Shown in pieces: positions 19,482 through 29,107 of a DNA stretch of 64,000 nucleotides. The stretch spans positions 1,156 to 65,155 of the forward strand of contig JBKBSI010000001.1 in assembly GCA_046291745.1 (NCBI GenBank), read 5' to 3'. Numbering within the stretch: position 1 is the stretch's first letter; each line of letters begins with the position of its first letter. The notes under the pieces are model-generated. The model was not told where the DNA came from. It did not search any database and saw nothing but the letters and a program-made list of their open reading frames with translations. Source of the stretch: Pseudomonas sp. (GTDB lineage: Bacteria > Pseudomonadota > Gammaproteobacteria > Pseudomonadales > Pseudomonadaceae). A program made the position numbers and the translations under genes.

Positions 19482-20269
19482 GCGACGCGCTGCTGAGTCT
19501 CAGTGATATCAGCCTGCGCCTGCATGGCAATCAGGTGCTCGAATCCGTGAGCCTGAGTGTCAAACGTGGAGAAGTCGTGACGCTGATTGGCCCCAACGGT
19601 GCGGGCAAGACCAGCCTGGTGCGGGTGGTGCTGGGTCTGTTGAAGGCTGACAGCGGCAACGTGGAGCGCCAGCCGCGCCTGCGTATCGGCTATATGCCGC
19701 AAAAACTGCAGGTGGATGCGACCCTGCCGTTGACGGTAATGCGCTTTCTGCTTTTAGCGCCCGGGGCCAAACGCGCCGACGCGCTGCAGGCACTCGAGGA
19801 TGTCGGTGCCGGGCACCTGCTCGAAAGACCGTTGCAGCAGGTCTCCGGCGGCGAGCTGCAACGTATTCTGTTGGCCCGGGCGCTGCTGCGTAACCCGGAC
19901 TTGCTGGTGCTCGATGAGCCGGTACAGGGTGTCGATGTGAACGGCCAGATCGAGCTCTATCAACTGATTACCCGTCTGCGAGACCGCTATAACTGCGGCA
20001 TTCTGATGGTTTCCCACGACCTGCATCTGGTCATGGCAACCACCAATACGGTGGTCTGCCTGAATCGCCACGTGTGCTGTTCCGGACATCCGGAGCAGGT
20101 CAGCATGGACCCGGCCTTTGTTGCCTTGTTTGGTGACCAGGCCAGCGCCCTGGCGGTCTATAACCATCACCACGACCATGAGCACGACCTGCATGGTGAA
20201 GTGGTTGAAGCCTCCCACGCGCATGCCCCGCATAGCCATCAGCACGGGCCCAATTGCAAACATGCCTGA
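19478..20269 (+). CDS. znuC: zinc ABC transporter ATP-binding protein ZnuC
   Basis: Walker [10 protein letters not shown], signature VSGGELQR and Walker B LLVLDEP. It has a C-terminal His-rich tail ([11 protein letters not shown]...[11 protein letters not shown]). Confidence 0.9.
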   Translation: MSDALLSLSDISLRLHGNQVLESVSLSVKRGEVVTLIGPNGAGKTSLVRVVLGLLKADSGNVERQPRLRIGYMPQKLQVDATLPLTVMRFLLLAPGAKRADALQALEDVGAGHLLERPLQQVSGGELQRILLARALLRNPDLLVLDEPVQGVDVNGQIELYQLITRLRDRYNCGILMVSHDLHLVMATTNTVVCLNRHVCCSGHPEQVSMDPAFVALFGDQASALAVYNHHHDHEHDLHGEVVEASHAHAPHSHQHGPNCKHA

Positions 20270-21047
20270 CTTCCTGATTTATGCCCTGCTGGCCGGTCTG
20301 GGGCTGGCACTGGTGGCTGGTCCGCTGGGCTCCTTTGTGGTCTGGCGGCGTATGGCCTACTTCGGCGATACCCTGTCGCACTCGGCGCTGTTGGGTATCG
20401 CCCTGGGTATTCTGCTGGATATCAACCTGACCCTCGCGGTAACCCTGGGCTGTGTGCTGCTTGCTGTGCTGCTGGTGGCGTTGCAGCACAAGCAGTGGCT
20501 GGCCAGCGATACGCTGCTGGGTATTCTGGCGCACAGCAGTCTGTCCCTGGGCCTGGTAGTGCTGGCGCTGACCGACAACGTACGCGTTGATCTGATGGCC
20601 TATCTGTTCGGCGACCTGCTGGCGATCAGCAGTGAAGACCTGTACTGGATGCTCGGTGGGTTGCTGATCGTCATGGTGCTGCTGACGCTACTCTGGCGAA
20701 GGTTGCTGTCGGTGACTGTGCACGAGGAGCTGGCGCGGGTCGAGGGGCTGCCGGTCACGGCGATTCGCCTGGCACTGATGCTGCTGATTGCCATCGTCAT
20801 TGCCGTGGCGATGAAGATTGTCGGCGTGCTCTTGATCACGTCGCTGCTGATTATTCCGCCTGCAGCGGCGCAGCGCCATGCCCGCACCCCGGAGCAGATG
20901 GCCATGGGTGCGAGCGTCCTGGGCTGCCTGGCGGTGCTGGGTGGCCTGGCCATGTCCTGGAATATGGACACCCCGGCCGGGCCCTCAATCGTGGTCTGCG
21001 CCGCGTTGCTCTTCATGCTTGCCGTCAGCGTCCCGCGCCGGGCCTGA
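20262..21047 (+). CDS. znuB: zinc ABC transporter permease ZnuB
   Basis: Polytopic ABC-3 type permease. ATG 20262 overlaps the znuC stop by 8 nt. Confidence 0.9.
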   Translation: MPDFLIYALLAGLGLALVAGPLGSFVVWRRMAYFGDTLSHSALLGIALGILLDINLTLAVTLGCVLLAVLLVALQHKQWLASDTLLGILAHSSLSLGLVVLALTDNVRVDLMAYLFGDLLAISSEDLYWMLGGLLIVMVLLTLLWRRLLSVTVHEELARVEGLPVTAIRLALMLLIAIVIAVAMKIVGVLLITSLLIIPPAAAQRHARTPEQMAMGASVLGCLAVLGGLAMSWNMDTPAGPSIVVCAALLFMLAVSVPRRA

Positions 21048-21070
21048 GTCGCTTTCCCTCGTTGTGCCTT

Positions 21071-21103
21071 GCCGAGCCGTTACATGCGCTGTAACAGCTC
21101 GGC
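21071..21103 (+). terminator. strong hairpin downstream of znuB (no U-tract)
   Basis: GCCGAGCcGTTACA-TGCGC-TGTAACaGCTCGGC forms a 14-bp stem with one mismatch and a 5-nt loop. Confidence 0.35.
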
Positions 21104-21167
21104 GATCCCGTTGTCCCAAGTTCTCGGATAGGCTGATTCGGAAACGGACCAATGAGCGTACCTCTGC

Positions 21168-22163
21168 ATGCATGATCCCCTGGTGATTCCCACTGATGAA
21201 GGGCTGTATTGCCCTGCCGGTGATTTTCATATCGATCCCTGGCGACCGGTGGCTACAGCAGTGATTACCCATGCGCATGCCGATCACGCCCGCTCCGGCC
21301 ACCAGCAGTATTACGCCCAGCACCTGAGCCTGCCGATCCTGCGCCACCGCCTGGGCGAGCATGAATTCACCGGCCTGGAATACGGCGAACAGCGGCGTTT
21401 TGGCCCCATCACCTTGAGCCTGCATTCGGCCGGGCACGTGCTCGGCTCGGCGCAGGTGCGTGTCGCCCATGACGATGGCCGCGTCTGGGTGGTCAGTGGC
21501 GACTACAAGCGTGATGCGGATCCGACCTGCGCGCCCTTTGAAGTGGTGCCCTGCGATACGCTGATTACCGAAGCCACCTTTGCCCTGCCCTGTTATCGCT
21601 GGCCGCCGGTGGAAGAGGTCGGCCAGCAGATGTGGGACTGGTGGTCCGGCAACCCGGACCGGCCATGCATTCTGTTTACCTATGCCTTTGGCAAGGCCCA
21701 GCGGGTCCTTGCTGCGCTGGCCGCGCATACCGATCGTACAATTTACCTGCATGGCGCGATGGTCGCCCTGACCGAACTGTATCGGGAGGCCGGAGTGGCG
21801 ATGCTGCCGACTCAGCCGTTGTCCGAGCTGCCGCGTGATCAAAACCTGAATGGTCAACTGATCCTGGCGCCGCCCTCCGCTGCCGGTTCGCCCTGGATGC
21901 GCCGCTTCAAGAACGCCAGTACCGGCTTTGCCTCGGGCTGGATGCGTATTCGCGGTAATCGTCGCCGCCGTGGTTACGATCAGGGCTTCGAGCTCAGCGA
22001 CCATGCCGACTGGCCTGCCTTGCTGAATACCATCCGCGATTGCGGTGCCAGCACCGTGCTGACCACCCATGGTCGCAGCGATGATCTGGTGCGCTATCTG
22101 CGCGAACATGAGGGTATCGATGCCCGCGCGCTGACCACCCTGTATGGCGGCGAGGAAGATTGA
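21168..22163 (+). CDS. ligase-associated DNA damage response exonuclease (metallo-beta-lactamase / beta-CASP fold)
   Basis: HAHADHAR metal-binding motif. 331 aa. It is the first gene of a tightly overlapping four-gene set with ligase, helicase and PdeM. Confidence 0.85.
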   Translation: MHDPLVIPTDEGLYCPAGDFHIDPWRPVATAVITHAHADHARSGHQQYYAQHLSLPILRHRLGEHEFTGLEYGEQRRFGPITLSLHSAGHVLGSAQVRVAHDDGRVWVVSGDYKRDADPTCAPFEVVPCDTLITEATFALPCYRWPPVEEVGQQMWDWWSGNPDRPCILFTYAFGKAQRVLAALAAHTDRTIYLHGAMVALTELYREAGVAMLPTQPLSELPRDQNLNGQLILAPPSAAGSPWMRRFKNASTGFASGWMRIRGNRRRRGYDQGFELSDHADWPALLNTIRDCGASTVLTTHGRSDDLVRYLREHEGIDARALTTLYGGEED

Positions 22164-23758
22164 TGCAGGCCTTCGCCGATCTGTATGCCGAACTCGATGC
22201 CACCACCCGCACCCAGGTCAAACTGGATGCGCTGATCGCCTACTTCCGCGCCGCGCCGCCAGCCGATGCGGCCTGGGCCGTCTATATACTCGCCGGGCGG
22301 CGGATGAAACGGCTGATTGGCCCGCGCAAATTGCGCGACTGGTTGGCCGAATCCACCGGCTTGCCGGACTGGCTGGTGGAGGAAAGCTACCAGCACGTCG
22401 GCGACCTGGCGGAGACCATCAGCCTGCTGATGGAAGACGACGGTGAGCGCCGGGCAGTTGATGGTTCCCTGGCCGAGTGGATTGAGCGTGCTGTACTGGG
22501 TCTGCGCAAGCTGGAAGAGCCCGAGCAGAAAGCCCATGTGGTCGCCCATTGGCGCAGCCTGCCGCGCCGGGCCTGCTTTCTCTATAACAAGCTACTGACC
22601 GGCAGCCTGCGCGTGGGTGTGTCCCGCGGGCTGGTCGAACGTGCACTGGCGGCCTTGGGCGATCTGCCCCGGGCTTTGATCGCGCGGCGCTTGATCGGCG
22701 AGTTTGAGCCCAGCGCTGAGTTCTTCACTGCGCTGTTCGACCAGGAGCAGCGCGAGGAACGTGAAGGCCAGCCCTACCCGTTCTTTCTCGCCTCACCGTT
22801 GGAAGGCGAGCCTGAATTGCTTGGCGCTGTGCAGGACTGGCTGGCCGAGTGGAAGTGGGACGGCATTCGTGCGCAATTGATCGCCAGGCCCGGCGGTATC
22901 TGGCTCTGGTCACGCGGCGAGGAACCCATGAATGGCCGCTTTCCAGAGGTGGAAGCGGCCGCAGCGGCCTTGCCGGAAGTAGTGCTCGACGGCGAGATTC
23001 TCGCCTGGGATACCGACGTACTGTCGTTTTCGCAGATGCAGCGGCGCATCCAGCGCAAGACCATTGGCGAGAAGATGCTACGTGAGGTGCCGGTCATTTT
23101 CCTTGCCTACGACGTGCTGGAATACCAGCAGCAGGACTGGCGCGAACGGCCGTTGCGTGAGCGTCGCGCACTGCTGGAGGAGCTGCTGGCGGACAGCGGC
23201 CAGAGCGCAGTTCGCATCAGCCCGAGTGTAAGCGCTGCAGAGTGGACCGCGCTGGCGACACAACGCGAAAGCAGCAGAGAGCGCATGGTCGAAGGCTTGA
23301 TGCTCAAGCGCCTGGACAGTCCCTACCGCAGCGGCCGGATTCGCGGTGACTGGTGGAAGTGGAAGATCGAGCCGCTGACCATTGATGCGGTGCTGCTCTA
23401 TGCGCAACCCGGTCACGGCCGTCGCGCTAACCTGTATACCGATTACACCCTGGCGGTGCGCGATGGCGATGCCTATGTACCCATTGCCAAGGCCTATTCG
23501 GGCCTGACCGACAAGGAAATCCAGAAGCTTGATCACTGGATACGCCGCAATACCGTGGAGAAGTTTGGCCCGGTACGTTCTCTGAAACCCGAGCATGTGC
23601 TGGAAATCGCCTTTGAAGGCATTCAACCCTCGCCCCGGCACAAGTCCGGCATCGCCCTGCGCTTCCCGCGGATTTCCCGTTGGCGCCAGGACAAACCGGT
23701 AGGCGAGGCCGATACCCTGGAGCAGGTGAAAGACCTGCTGCGTCTGTATGGCGGTTAG
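22163..23758 (+). CDS. ATP-dependent DNA ligase
   Basis: Adenylation motif I EWKWDGIR, plus later nucleotidyltransferase and OB-fold motifs (EGLMLK, WWKWK). The ATG shares its A with the upstream TGA. Confidence 0.9.
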   Translation: MQAFADLYAELDATTRTQVKLDALIAYFRAAPPADAAWAVYILAGRRMKRLIGPRKLRDWLAESTGLPDWLVEESYQHVGDLAETISLLMEDDGERRAVDGSLAEWIERAVLGLRKLEEPEQKAHVVAHWRSLPRRACFLYNKLLTGSLRVGVSRGLVERALAALGDLPRALIARRLIGEFEPSAEFFTALFDQEQREEREGQPYPFFLASPLEGEPELLGAVQDWLAEWKWDGIRAQLIARPGGIWLWSRGEEPMNGRFPEVEAAAAALPEVVLDGEILAWDTDVLSFSQMQRRIQRKTIGEKMLREVPVIFLAYDVLEYQQQDWRERPLRERRALLEELLADSGQSAVRISPSVSAAEWTALATQRESSRERMVEGLMLKRLDSPYRSGRIRGDWWKWKIEPLTIDAVLLYAQPGHGRRANLYTDYTLAVRDGDAYVPIAKAYSGLTDKEIQKLDHWIRRNTVEKFGPVRSLKPEHVLEIAFEGIQPSPRHKSGIALRFPRISRWRQDKPVGEADTLEQVKDLLRLYGG

Positions 23759-26237
23759 GCCACCGGCAGCGAAGGGCGCAGTGGATGGTCTGGCCAGGGT
23801 CGAGGCCTGGTTTGCCCAGCAGGGATGGACGCCTGCGCCCTTTCAACGCCAGGCCTGGCAGGCCTTTCGTGCCGGTCGCAGTGGGCTGATTCACGCCTCT
23901 ACCGGCTCGGGTAAAACCCTCGCCGCCTGGCTGGGTCCAGTGTCGGCTGCGCTGGACAAATCGGCGCGCACTGGCGGTCTACGGATACTCTGGATAACCC
24001 CGCTGCGTGCGCTGGCCAGCGACACCGCCGGGCATCTGCAGCAGGCGGTGGATGAGCTAGGGCTGGACTGGAAAGTCGAAACCCGCACCGGCGACACCAG
24101 CGCCAGCGTGCGCGCCCGGCAACGGCGCAAATTACCGGAAACCTTGATCACCACCCCGGAAAGCCTTTCGGTGCTGCTCTCGTATAGGAATGCTGAAGAA
24201 AGCTTCAAACATCTGGATGCGGTAGTCGTCGATGAATGGCATGAGCTGCTGGGTAATAAACGCGGGGTGCAGCTGCAGTTATGCCTGGCCTGGTTGCGCG
24301 CGCGGCATGCGCAACTGCCGGTTTGGGGCCTGTCGGCGACCCTGGGTAATCTGGATGAAGCCATGGCGGTGCTGCTCGGCGAAGGCGCTGAACCGGGCGA
24401 GCGGATCGCCGGTACCCAGAGCAAGCCTCTGACCATTCGCGGGCTGTGCCCGGCCAATGTCGAACGCTTTCCCTGGGCGGGCCATCTGGGCCTGTCGCAG
24501 CTGGATGGCGTGCTGGATTATCTGGGCGAGGGTAAAACCTCGCTGCTCTTTACCAACACCCGTTCCCAGGCCGAGCTCTGGTTCGAGGCGATTCTCAAGG
24601 CGCGGCTGGATTGGCTGACAGAGCTTGGCCTGCACCATGGCTCTATTGATCGCACGTTACGCAAGCGCATCGAAGAGGGTCTGCGCCAGGGCGATTTTCG
24701 CTGCGTGGTCTGCACCTCAAGTCTGGATCTGGGTGTGGATTTTTCCCCGGTGGATCGAGTAGTGCAGGTCGGTAGCCCCAAGGGGGTGGCGCGCTTGATG
24801 CAACGCGCCGGACGTTCCGGCCATCAACCGGGCGCTGCCAGCGAAATCCTCTGCGTGCCCAGCCACGCGCTGGAGCTGGTGGAAATTGCCGCCGTACGCC
24901 GGGCCTGGGAAGCAGGTCGGGTTGAAGCACGCAGGCCGCCGCGGCTAAGCCTGGATGTGCTGGTACAGCATCTGGTGACCCTGGCTGCCGGGCCTGGCTT
25001 TGTCCCTGAGCAGGTGTTTGCCGAGTTGCAGAGTACCCATGCTTTTGCCGGGCTGGATGAGGACATTTTCAACTGGTGTCTGCTGTTTATCACCCAGGGC
25101 GGACCGGTGCTGGAGCATTACCCGCAGTTCCAGCGTGTGGTGATTCAGGACGGTCGTTACAGCGTTGAAGATACTGGTATCGCCCGCCGCCACCGGCTGG
25201 CGATTGGCACTATTACCAGCGATGCGCAGATCCAGGTGCGTTTTATGAAGGGCGGTAGCCTGGGTAGCATCGAGGAGACCTTTGTCGCCAGGCTCAAGCC
25301 CGGCGATGTGTTTCTGTTTTCCGGCCGCGCGCTGGAGTTGGTCAAGGTGCGTGACCTGGTGGCCTATGTACGCCTGGCCAAAACCCGCCGACATAGCGTG
25401 CCGCGCTGGTATGGCGGGCGCTTGCCGCTTTCCAGCGAGTTGGCCGACAGCGTGCTGAAGATTTTTGAGGAAGTGCAGGCTGGGCTTTATACCGATCCGG
25501 AAGTGCAAACCATTGCGCCGGTTCTGGAGCTACAGAAGCAGCAATCGGCCTTGCCGGGCCGCGCGCGGCTATTGATCGAGCGCTGCAGCTCGCGTGAGGG
25601 TCAGCATCTGTTCGTCTATCCTTTTGCTGGTCGTTTGGCCCATGAGGGTCTGGCCGCGCTGCTGGCCTGGCGTCTCGGACAACTGACACCAGCAACCTTC
25701 TCGTTGTCAGTTAACGACTATGGCCTGGAACTGCTCACCTCGGCCAAGCTGCCGGAACTGACGGCAGCGGATTGGCATTCACTACTCGACCCTGAAGATC
25801 TGCTCAAGCATGTATTGGAGGCGCTAAATGCCGGTGAACTGGCGCGCCGTCAGTTCCGCGATATCGCCCGGGTCAGCGGATTGGTATTCCAGGGCTTCCC
25901 TGGTCGCGGCAAGAGTGACCGGCAATTGCAGGCCTCCAGCGGCCTGCTCTACGACACGCTAAAGCGTTACGATCCTGAGCACCGGCTACTGGCGCAGGCC
26001 AGCCGTGAAGTGCTGGAGGATCAGCTGGAAATTCAGCGCCTGAAAGCGGTGCTGGAGCGCGCAGCGACGCAGGAGCTGATGCTGATATCCCTGGAACGTT
26101 TTTCGCCCCTGGCTTTTCCGCTCTGGGTCGAACGCCAGCGCAACAGAATCAGCACCGAGGGTTGGCGCGAACGGGTTCAGCGTATGATGGACAGCCTGGA
26201 GAAGCATGCCGCGCGCAAACCGAGGAGGCGCCCTTGA
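23748..26237 (+). CDS. ligase-associated DNA damage response DEXH-box helicase (Lhr-like)
   Basis: Walker A ASTGSGKT, DEWH box (VVDEWHELL), SAT motif (SATLGN) and QRAGRSGH. 829 aa. It overlaps the ligase stop by 11 nt. Confidence 0.9.
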   Translation: MAVRPPAAKGAVDGLARVEAWFAQQGWTPAPFQRQAWQAFRAGRSGLIHASTGSGKTLAAWLGPVSAALDKSARTGGLRILWITPLRALASDTAGHLQQAVDELGLDWKVETRTGDTSASVRARQRRKLPETLITTPESLSVLLSYRNAEESFKHLDAVVVDEWHELLGNKRGVQLQLCLAWLRARHAQLPVWGLSATLGNLDEAMAVLLGEGAEPGERIAGTQSKPLTIRGLCPANVERFPWAGHLGLSQLDGVLDYLGEGKTSLLFTNTRSQAELWFEAILKARLDWLTELGLHHGSIDRTLRKRIEEGLRQGDFRCVVCTSSLDLGVDFSPVDRVVQVGSPKGVARLMQRAGRSGHQPGAASEILCVPSHALELVEIAAVRRAWEAGRVEARRPPRLSLDVLVQHLVTLAAGPGFVPEQVFAELQSTHAFAGLDEDIFNWCLLFITQGGPVLEHYPQFQRVVIQDGRYSVEDTGIARRHRLAIGTITSDAQIQVRFMKGGSLGSIEETFVARLKPGDVFLFSGRALELVKVRDLVAYVRLAKTRRHSVPRWYGGRLPLSSELADSVLKIFEEVQAGLYTDPEVQTIAPVLELQKQQSALPGRARLLIERCSSREGQHLFVYPFAGRLAHEGLAALLAWRLGQLTPATFSLSVNDYGLELLTSAKLPELTAADWHSLLDPEDLLKHVLEALNAGELARRQFRDIARVSGLVFQGFPGRGKSDRQLQASSGLLYDTLKRYDPEHRLLAQASREVLEDQLEIQRLKAVLERAATQELMLISLERFSPLAFPLWVERQRNRISTEGWRERVQRMMDSLEKHAARKPRRRP

Positions 26238-26881
26238 GTCGTACCCTGAACTGGCAGTTGGCGGGAGCCGAGGTGATTCTGCATGGCGAGCGCGCGCTGT
26301 TCTATCCTGCCGAATCGGCGTTGCTGGTCGCCGACACGCATTTTGGCAAGGCCGCGCTGATGCGGCGCCGGGGTCTGGCGGTGCCCAGCGGTCAGAGCCG
26401 CGATGATCTGCAACGACTGACCAAGCTGCTTGAGGCGTTCCGCCCGCAACGCTTGATTGTGCTGGGCGACTTTTTCCATCATCGGCCGATGCGCGGCGAG
26501 CCTTTTATGGAACTGTTTCCCGAGTGGCTGGCGCAGCATTCTGCGGTCTCGGTCGAAGCGGTAATAGGCAACCATGATCGCCATGCTGCAGATGTGGATC
26601 TGGGCATGCGCTGGCACGACTATCTTGATCTGGGCCCGTTCCGCTTGCGCCATGAGCCGGAGCAGGTGCCAGGGCGTCATGTGCTGGCCGGGCATCTGCA
26701 CCCAGTGCTGACACTGCAGGTTGCCGCCGACCGAATGCGCGCACCCGTGTTCTGGTTCCGCGAGCAGGTCAGTGTATTGCCATCCTTTGGTGCCCTGACC
26801 GGTGGCTGGGACCTGCCGCGCAAACCCGAGGGCCAGACGGTGCTGGTAGTCGAAGGCGAGCTTTTTCAGGGGCCGGATTAG
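26234..26881 (+). CDS. pdeM: ligase-associated DNA damage response phosphoesterase PdeM
   Basis: Metallophosphoesterase motifs VADTHFGK, LGDFFHH, GNHD and GHLHP. A TTG start at 26234 is preferred because GAGGAGG lies 5 nt upstream and TTGA overlaps the helicase stop. The track start 26162 would overlap the helicase by 76 nt. Confidence 0.8.
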   Translation: MSRTLNWQLAGAEVILHGERALFYPAESALLVADTHFGKAALMRRRGLAVPSGQSRDDLQRLTKLLEAFRPQRLIVLGDFFHHRPMRGEPFMELFPEWLAQHSAVSVEAVIGNHDRHAADVDLGMRWHDYLDLGPFRLRHEPEQVPGRHVLAGHLHPVLTLQVAADRMRAPVFWFREQVSVLPSFGALTGGWDLPRKPEGQTVLVVEGELFQGPD

Positions 26882-26968
26882 GCCCTCAAGGCCGACAAGG
26901 CTGGCACAGCCAACAATCTTGTAACAGACAATAGCGCGTGGTTGAGCAAAGGCCAGCCAAAGCTTATG

Positions 26969-26984
26969 CTGTATCTATATACAG
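26969..26984. promoter_or_regulatory. LexA (SOS) box
   Basis: CTGTATCTATATACAG matches the gammaproteobacterial CTGT-N8-ACAG palindrome exactly. It ends 15 nt before the radical SAM gene ATG. Confidence 0.7.
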
Positions 26985-26999
26985 TATAAGGGTTGCAAC

Positions 27000-28214
27000 A
27001 TGGAGCTGATCGAAAAACTCACCATTCTGGCCGATGCCGCGAAGTACGATGCATCCTGCGCCAGCAGTGGCGCGCCCAAACGCAGCTCCAGGGGCAAGGA
27101 AGGTATAGGCGCTACCAACGGCATGGGGATTTGTCACAGCTATACGCCGGATGGCCGCTGTGTGTCGCTGCTGAAGATTCTGCTGACCAATTTCTGTCTG
27201 TACGACTGCCAGTACTGCGTGAATCGTCGCTCCAGTGACGTACCCCGTGCGCGCTTCATGCCGGAAGAGGTGGTCAAGCTGACGCTGGATTTTTACCAGC
27301 GCAATTACGTCAGTGGGCTGTTTCTCAGTTCCGGCATTATCCAATCGCCGGATTACACCATGGAGCAGTTGATCCGCGTGGCCAGTTTGCTGCGCGAGGA
27401 ACATCAGTTTCGCGGCTATATCCATCTCAAGACCATTCCCGAGGCCGACCCGGCATTGATTGAGGAGGCCGGACGCTATGCCGACCGGCTGAGTGTCAAT
27501 ATCGAACTGCCCAGCCCCGATAGCCTTATTCGTCTGGCGCCGGAAAAGCAGATCGGCAGCATTACCGGCGCCATGGGTACCATCGACAGCGCCTCGAATG
27601 AATCGCGCGCGGACAAGCGCGCGCCCAAATTTGCCCCGGGTGGTCAGAGCACGCAGATGATTGTTGGCGCCGACGCCAGTGATGACAGCCGCATACTGCA
27701 TACCGCCGAAGCCCTGTATGGCGATTACCGTCTGCGCCGAGTTTATTACTCGGCGTTCAGCCCGATCCCCAACAGTCCCTCATCCGTACCCTTCCAGGCG
27801 CCGCCGTTGCTACGTGAGCATCGTTTGTACCAGGCAGACTTTCTGTTGCGCGGCTACGGCTTCAAGGCCGGGGAGTTGATTGGCGCGCAGGGCAATCTGC
27901 CGCTGGATATTGATCCCAAGCTGGCCTGGGCGTTGGTCAACCGGGCGCAGTTTCCGGTCGATCTGAATCTGGCCGAACCGGCGATGATCGCCCGGGTGCC
28001 AGGCATCGGTATTCGCTCGGCGCAGCGTATCGTCAGTTTGCGACGGCTCAAGCGCATACGCTTTGAAGACCTGCTGCGCATGCGCTGCGTAATGGACAAG
28101 GCGCGGCCCTTTATCGTCACCAGCGATTACCGTCCGCGACAGGACACGGTCGAATCCAGCCTGCTGCGGCGGCAATTGAGCGATCAACCCGCGCAGATGG
28201 CGCTCTGGGGCTGA
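27000..28214 (+). CDS. putative DNA modification/repair radical SAM protein
   Basis: CxxxCxxC cluster CLYDCQYC at 27195-27218. It has a C-terminal helix-hairpin-helix-like segment (VPGIGIRSAQRIV). Recognised as the family TIGRFAMs labels putative DNA modification/repair radical SAM; not searched. Confidence 0.8.
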   Translation: MELIEKLTILADAAKYDASCASSGAPKRSSRGKEGIGATNGMGICHSYTPDGRCVSLLKILLTNFCLYDCQYCVNRRSSDVPRARFMPEEVVKLTLDFYQRNYVSGLFLSSGIIQSPDYTMEQLIRVASLLREEHQFRGYIHLKTIPEADPALIEEAGRYADRLSVNIELPSPDSLIRLAPEKQIGSITGAMGTIDSASNESRADKRAPKFAPGGQSTQMIVGADASDDSRILHTAEALYGDYRLRRVYYSAFSPIPNSPSSVPFQAPPLLREHRLYQADFLLRGYGFKAGELIGAQGNLPLDIDPKLAWALVNRAQFPVDLNLAEPAMIARVPGIGIRSAQRIVSLRRLKRIRFEDLLRMRCVMDKARPFIVTSDYRPRQDTVESSLLRRQLSDQPAQMALWG

Positions 28215-28216
28215 GG

Positions 28217-29107
28217 ATGCGGGTACTCTGCTGCAACGATGATTTTGAATGCTGGCGCGCCCAGGCCCGGGAGTTGCTGGCTCAGAATGTGCCGCCACAT
28301 GCGGTGGTTTGGGAGGATGAGAGCATTCCCCAGTTGTTCGCCGCAGAGCAACTGCCCGTCTATGGCGGCCCGCTGCAGAAGCTAAGCGTGCCCGCCGCGC
28401 TGCTCGCGCAGCTGAAGAGCGCCGCCCGCTATCGCACCGCCGGGCGCTGGAATTTGCTGTATCGAATTCTCTGGCGGGTGGTCAAGGGTGAGCGTCAGGC
28501 GATGCTGGCCGGTGATCCGGATGGTAGTGAGCTGCAGCGGCGGATCAAGGCCGCCAGTCGTGAGGCCCATCACCTGCATGCGTTCCTGCGCTTTCATCCG
28601 TTGCCGGGCGATTCGGACCTGGATTACGTGGCCTGGCATGAACCTGCCCATGACATCCTCGCCAGTGCAAGCATGCACTTTGCCGAACGCCTGGGCCGCC
28701 AACGCTGGCTGATTGCTACGCCGCTGGATGCGGTCTGGTATGACGGCCAGCAATTGCATTATCGGCAGCCCTGTCCTGCAGACTGGCAAGCACGGGCGGA
28801 GGCGATACGCGGCAAGGATGACGCGCTGTGGGAAACCTACTACGCCAGCACCTTCAATCCGGCGCGGCTGAACCGCAAGGTCATGCAAGGGCACATGCCG
28901 CTGCGCTTCTGGGCCGGGCTGACGGAGGGCAAGCTGATCCCGCTGCTGCTTAGCAAGGCGCGTGCTGGATCGCAAAAGGATGGACAGGCTGACGGGGTAA
29001 CAGGCAAGGCGGGTAAGGTGATTCGTCTGGCCAGGGACAAAGCTGTTGCTGGCGATCCAGCAACAGCTCAGATACTGAAAAACACGGATCCGCTCAGGGA
29101 GTCATGA
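28217..29107 (+). CDS. DUF4130-type probable DNA metabolism protein (partner of the radical SAM protein)
   Basis: Starts 2 nt after the radical SAM stop. 296 aa. The conserved-looking segment HLHAFLRF...WHEP is typical of the partner family. No fused uracil-DNA-glycosylase-like domain is present, judged by length. Confidence 0.7.
   Translation: MRVLCCNDDFECWRAQARELLAQNVPPHAVVWEDESIPQLFAAEQLPVYGGPLQKLSVPAALLAQLKSAARYRTAGRWNLLYRILWRVVKGERQAMLAGDPDGSELQRRIKAASREAHHLHAFLRFHPLPGDSDLDYVAWHEPAHDILASASMHFAERLGRQRWLIATPLDAVWYDGQQLHYRQPCPADWQARAEAIRGKDDALWETYYASTFNPARLNRKVMQGHMPLRFWAGLTEGKLIPLLLSKARAGSQKDGQADGVTGKAGKVIRLARDKAVAGDPATAQILKNTDPLRES

Noticed and set aside
20985-22109. 374-aa minus-strand ORF
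   Set aside because: It is antisense to the ligase-associated exonuclease gene, which has clear MBL motifs. It is a shadow ORF.
26964-27701. 245-aa minus-strand ORF
   Set aside because: It is antisense to the radical SAM gene and spans the LexA box. No RBS or motifs.
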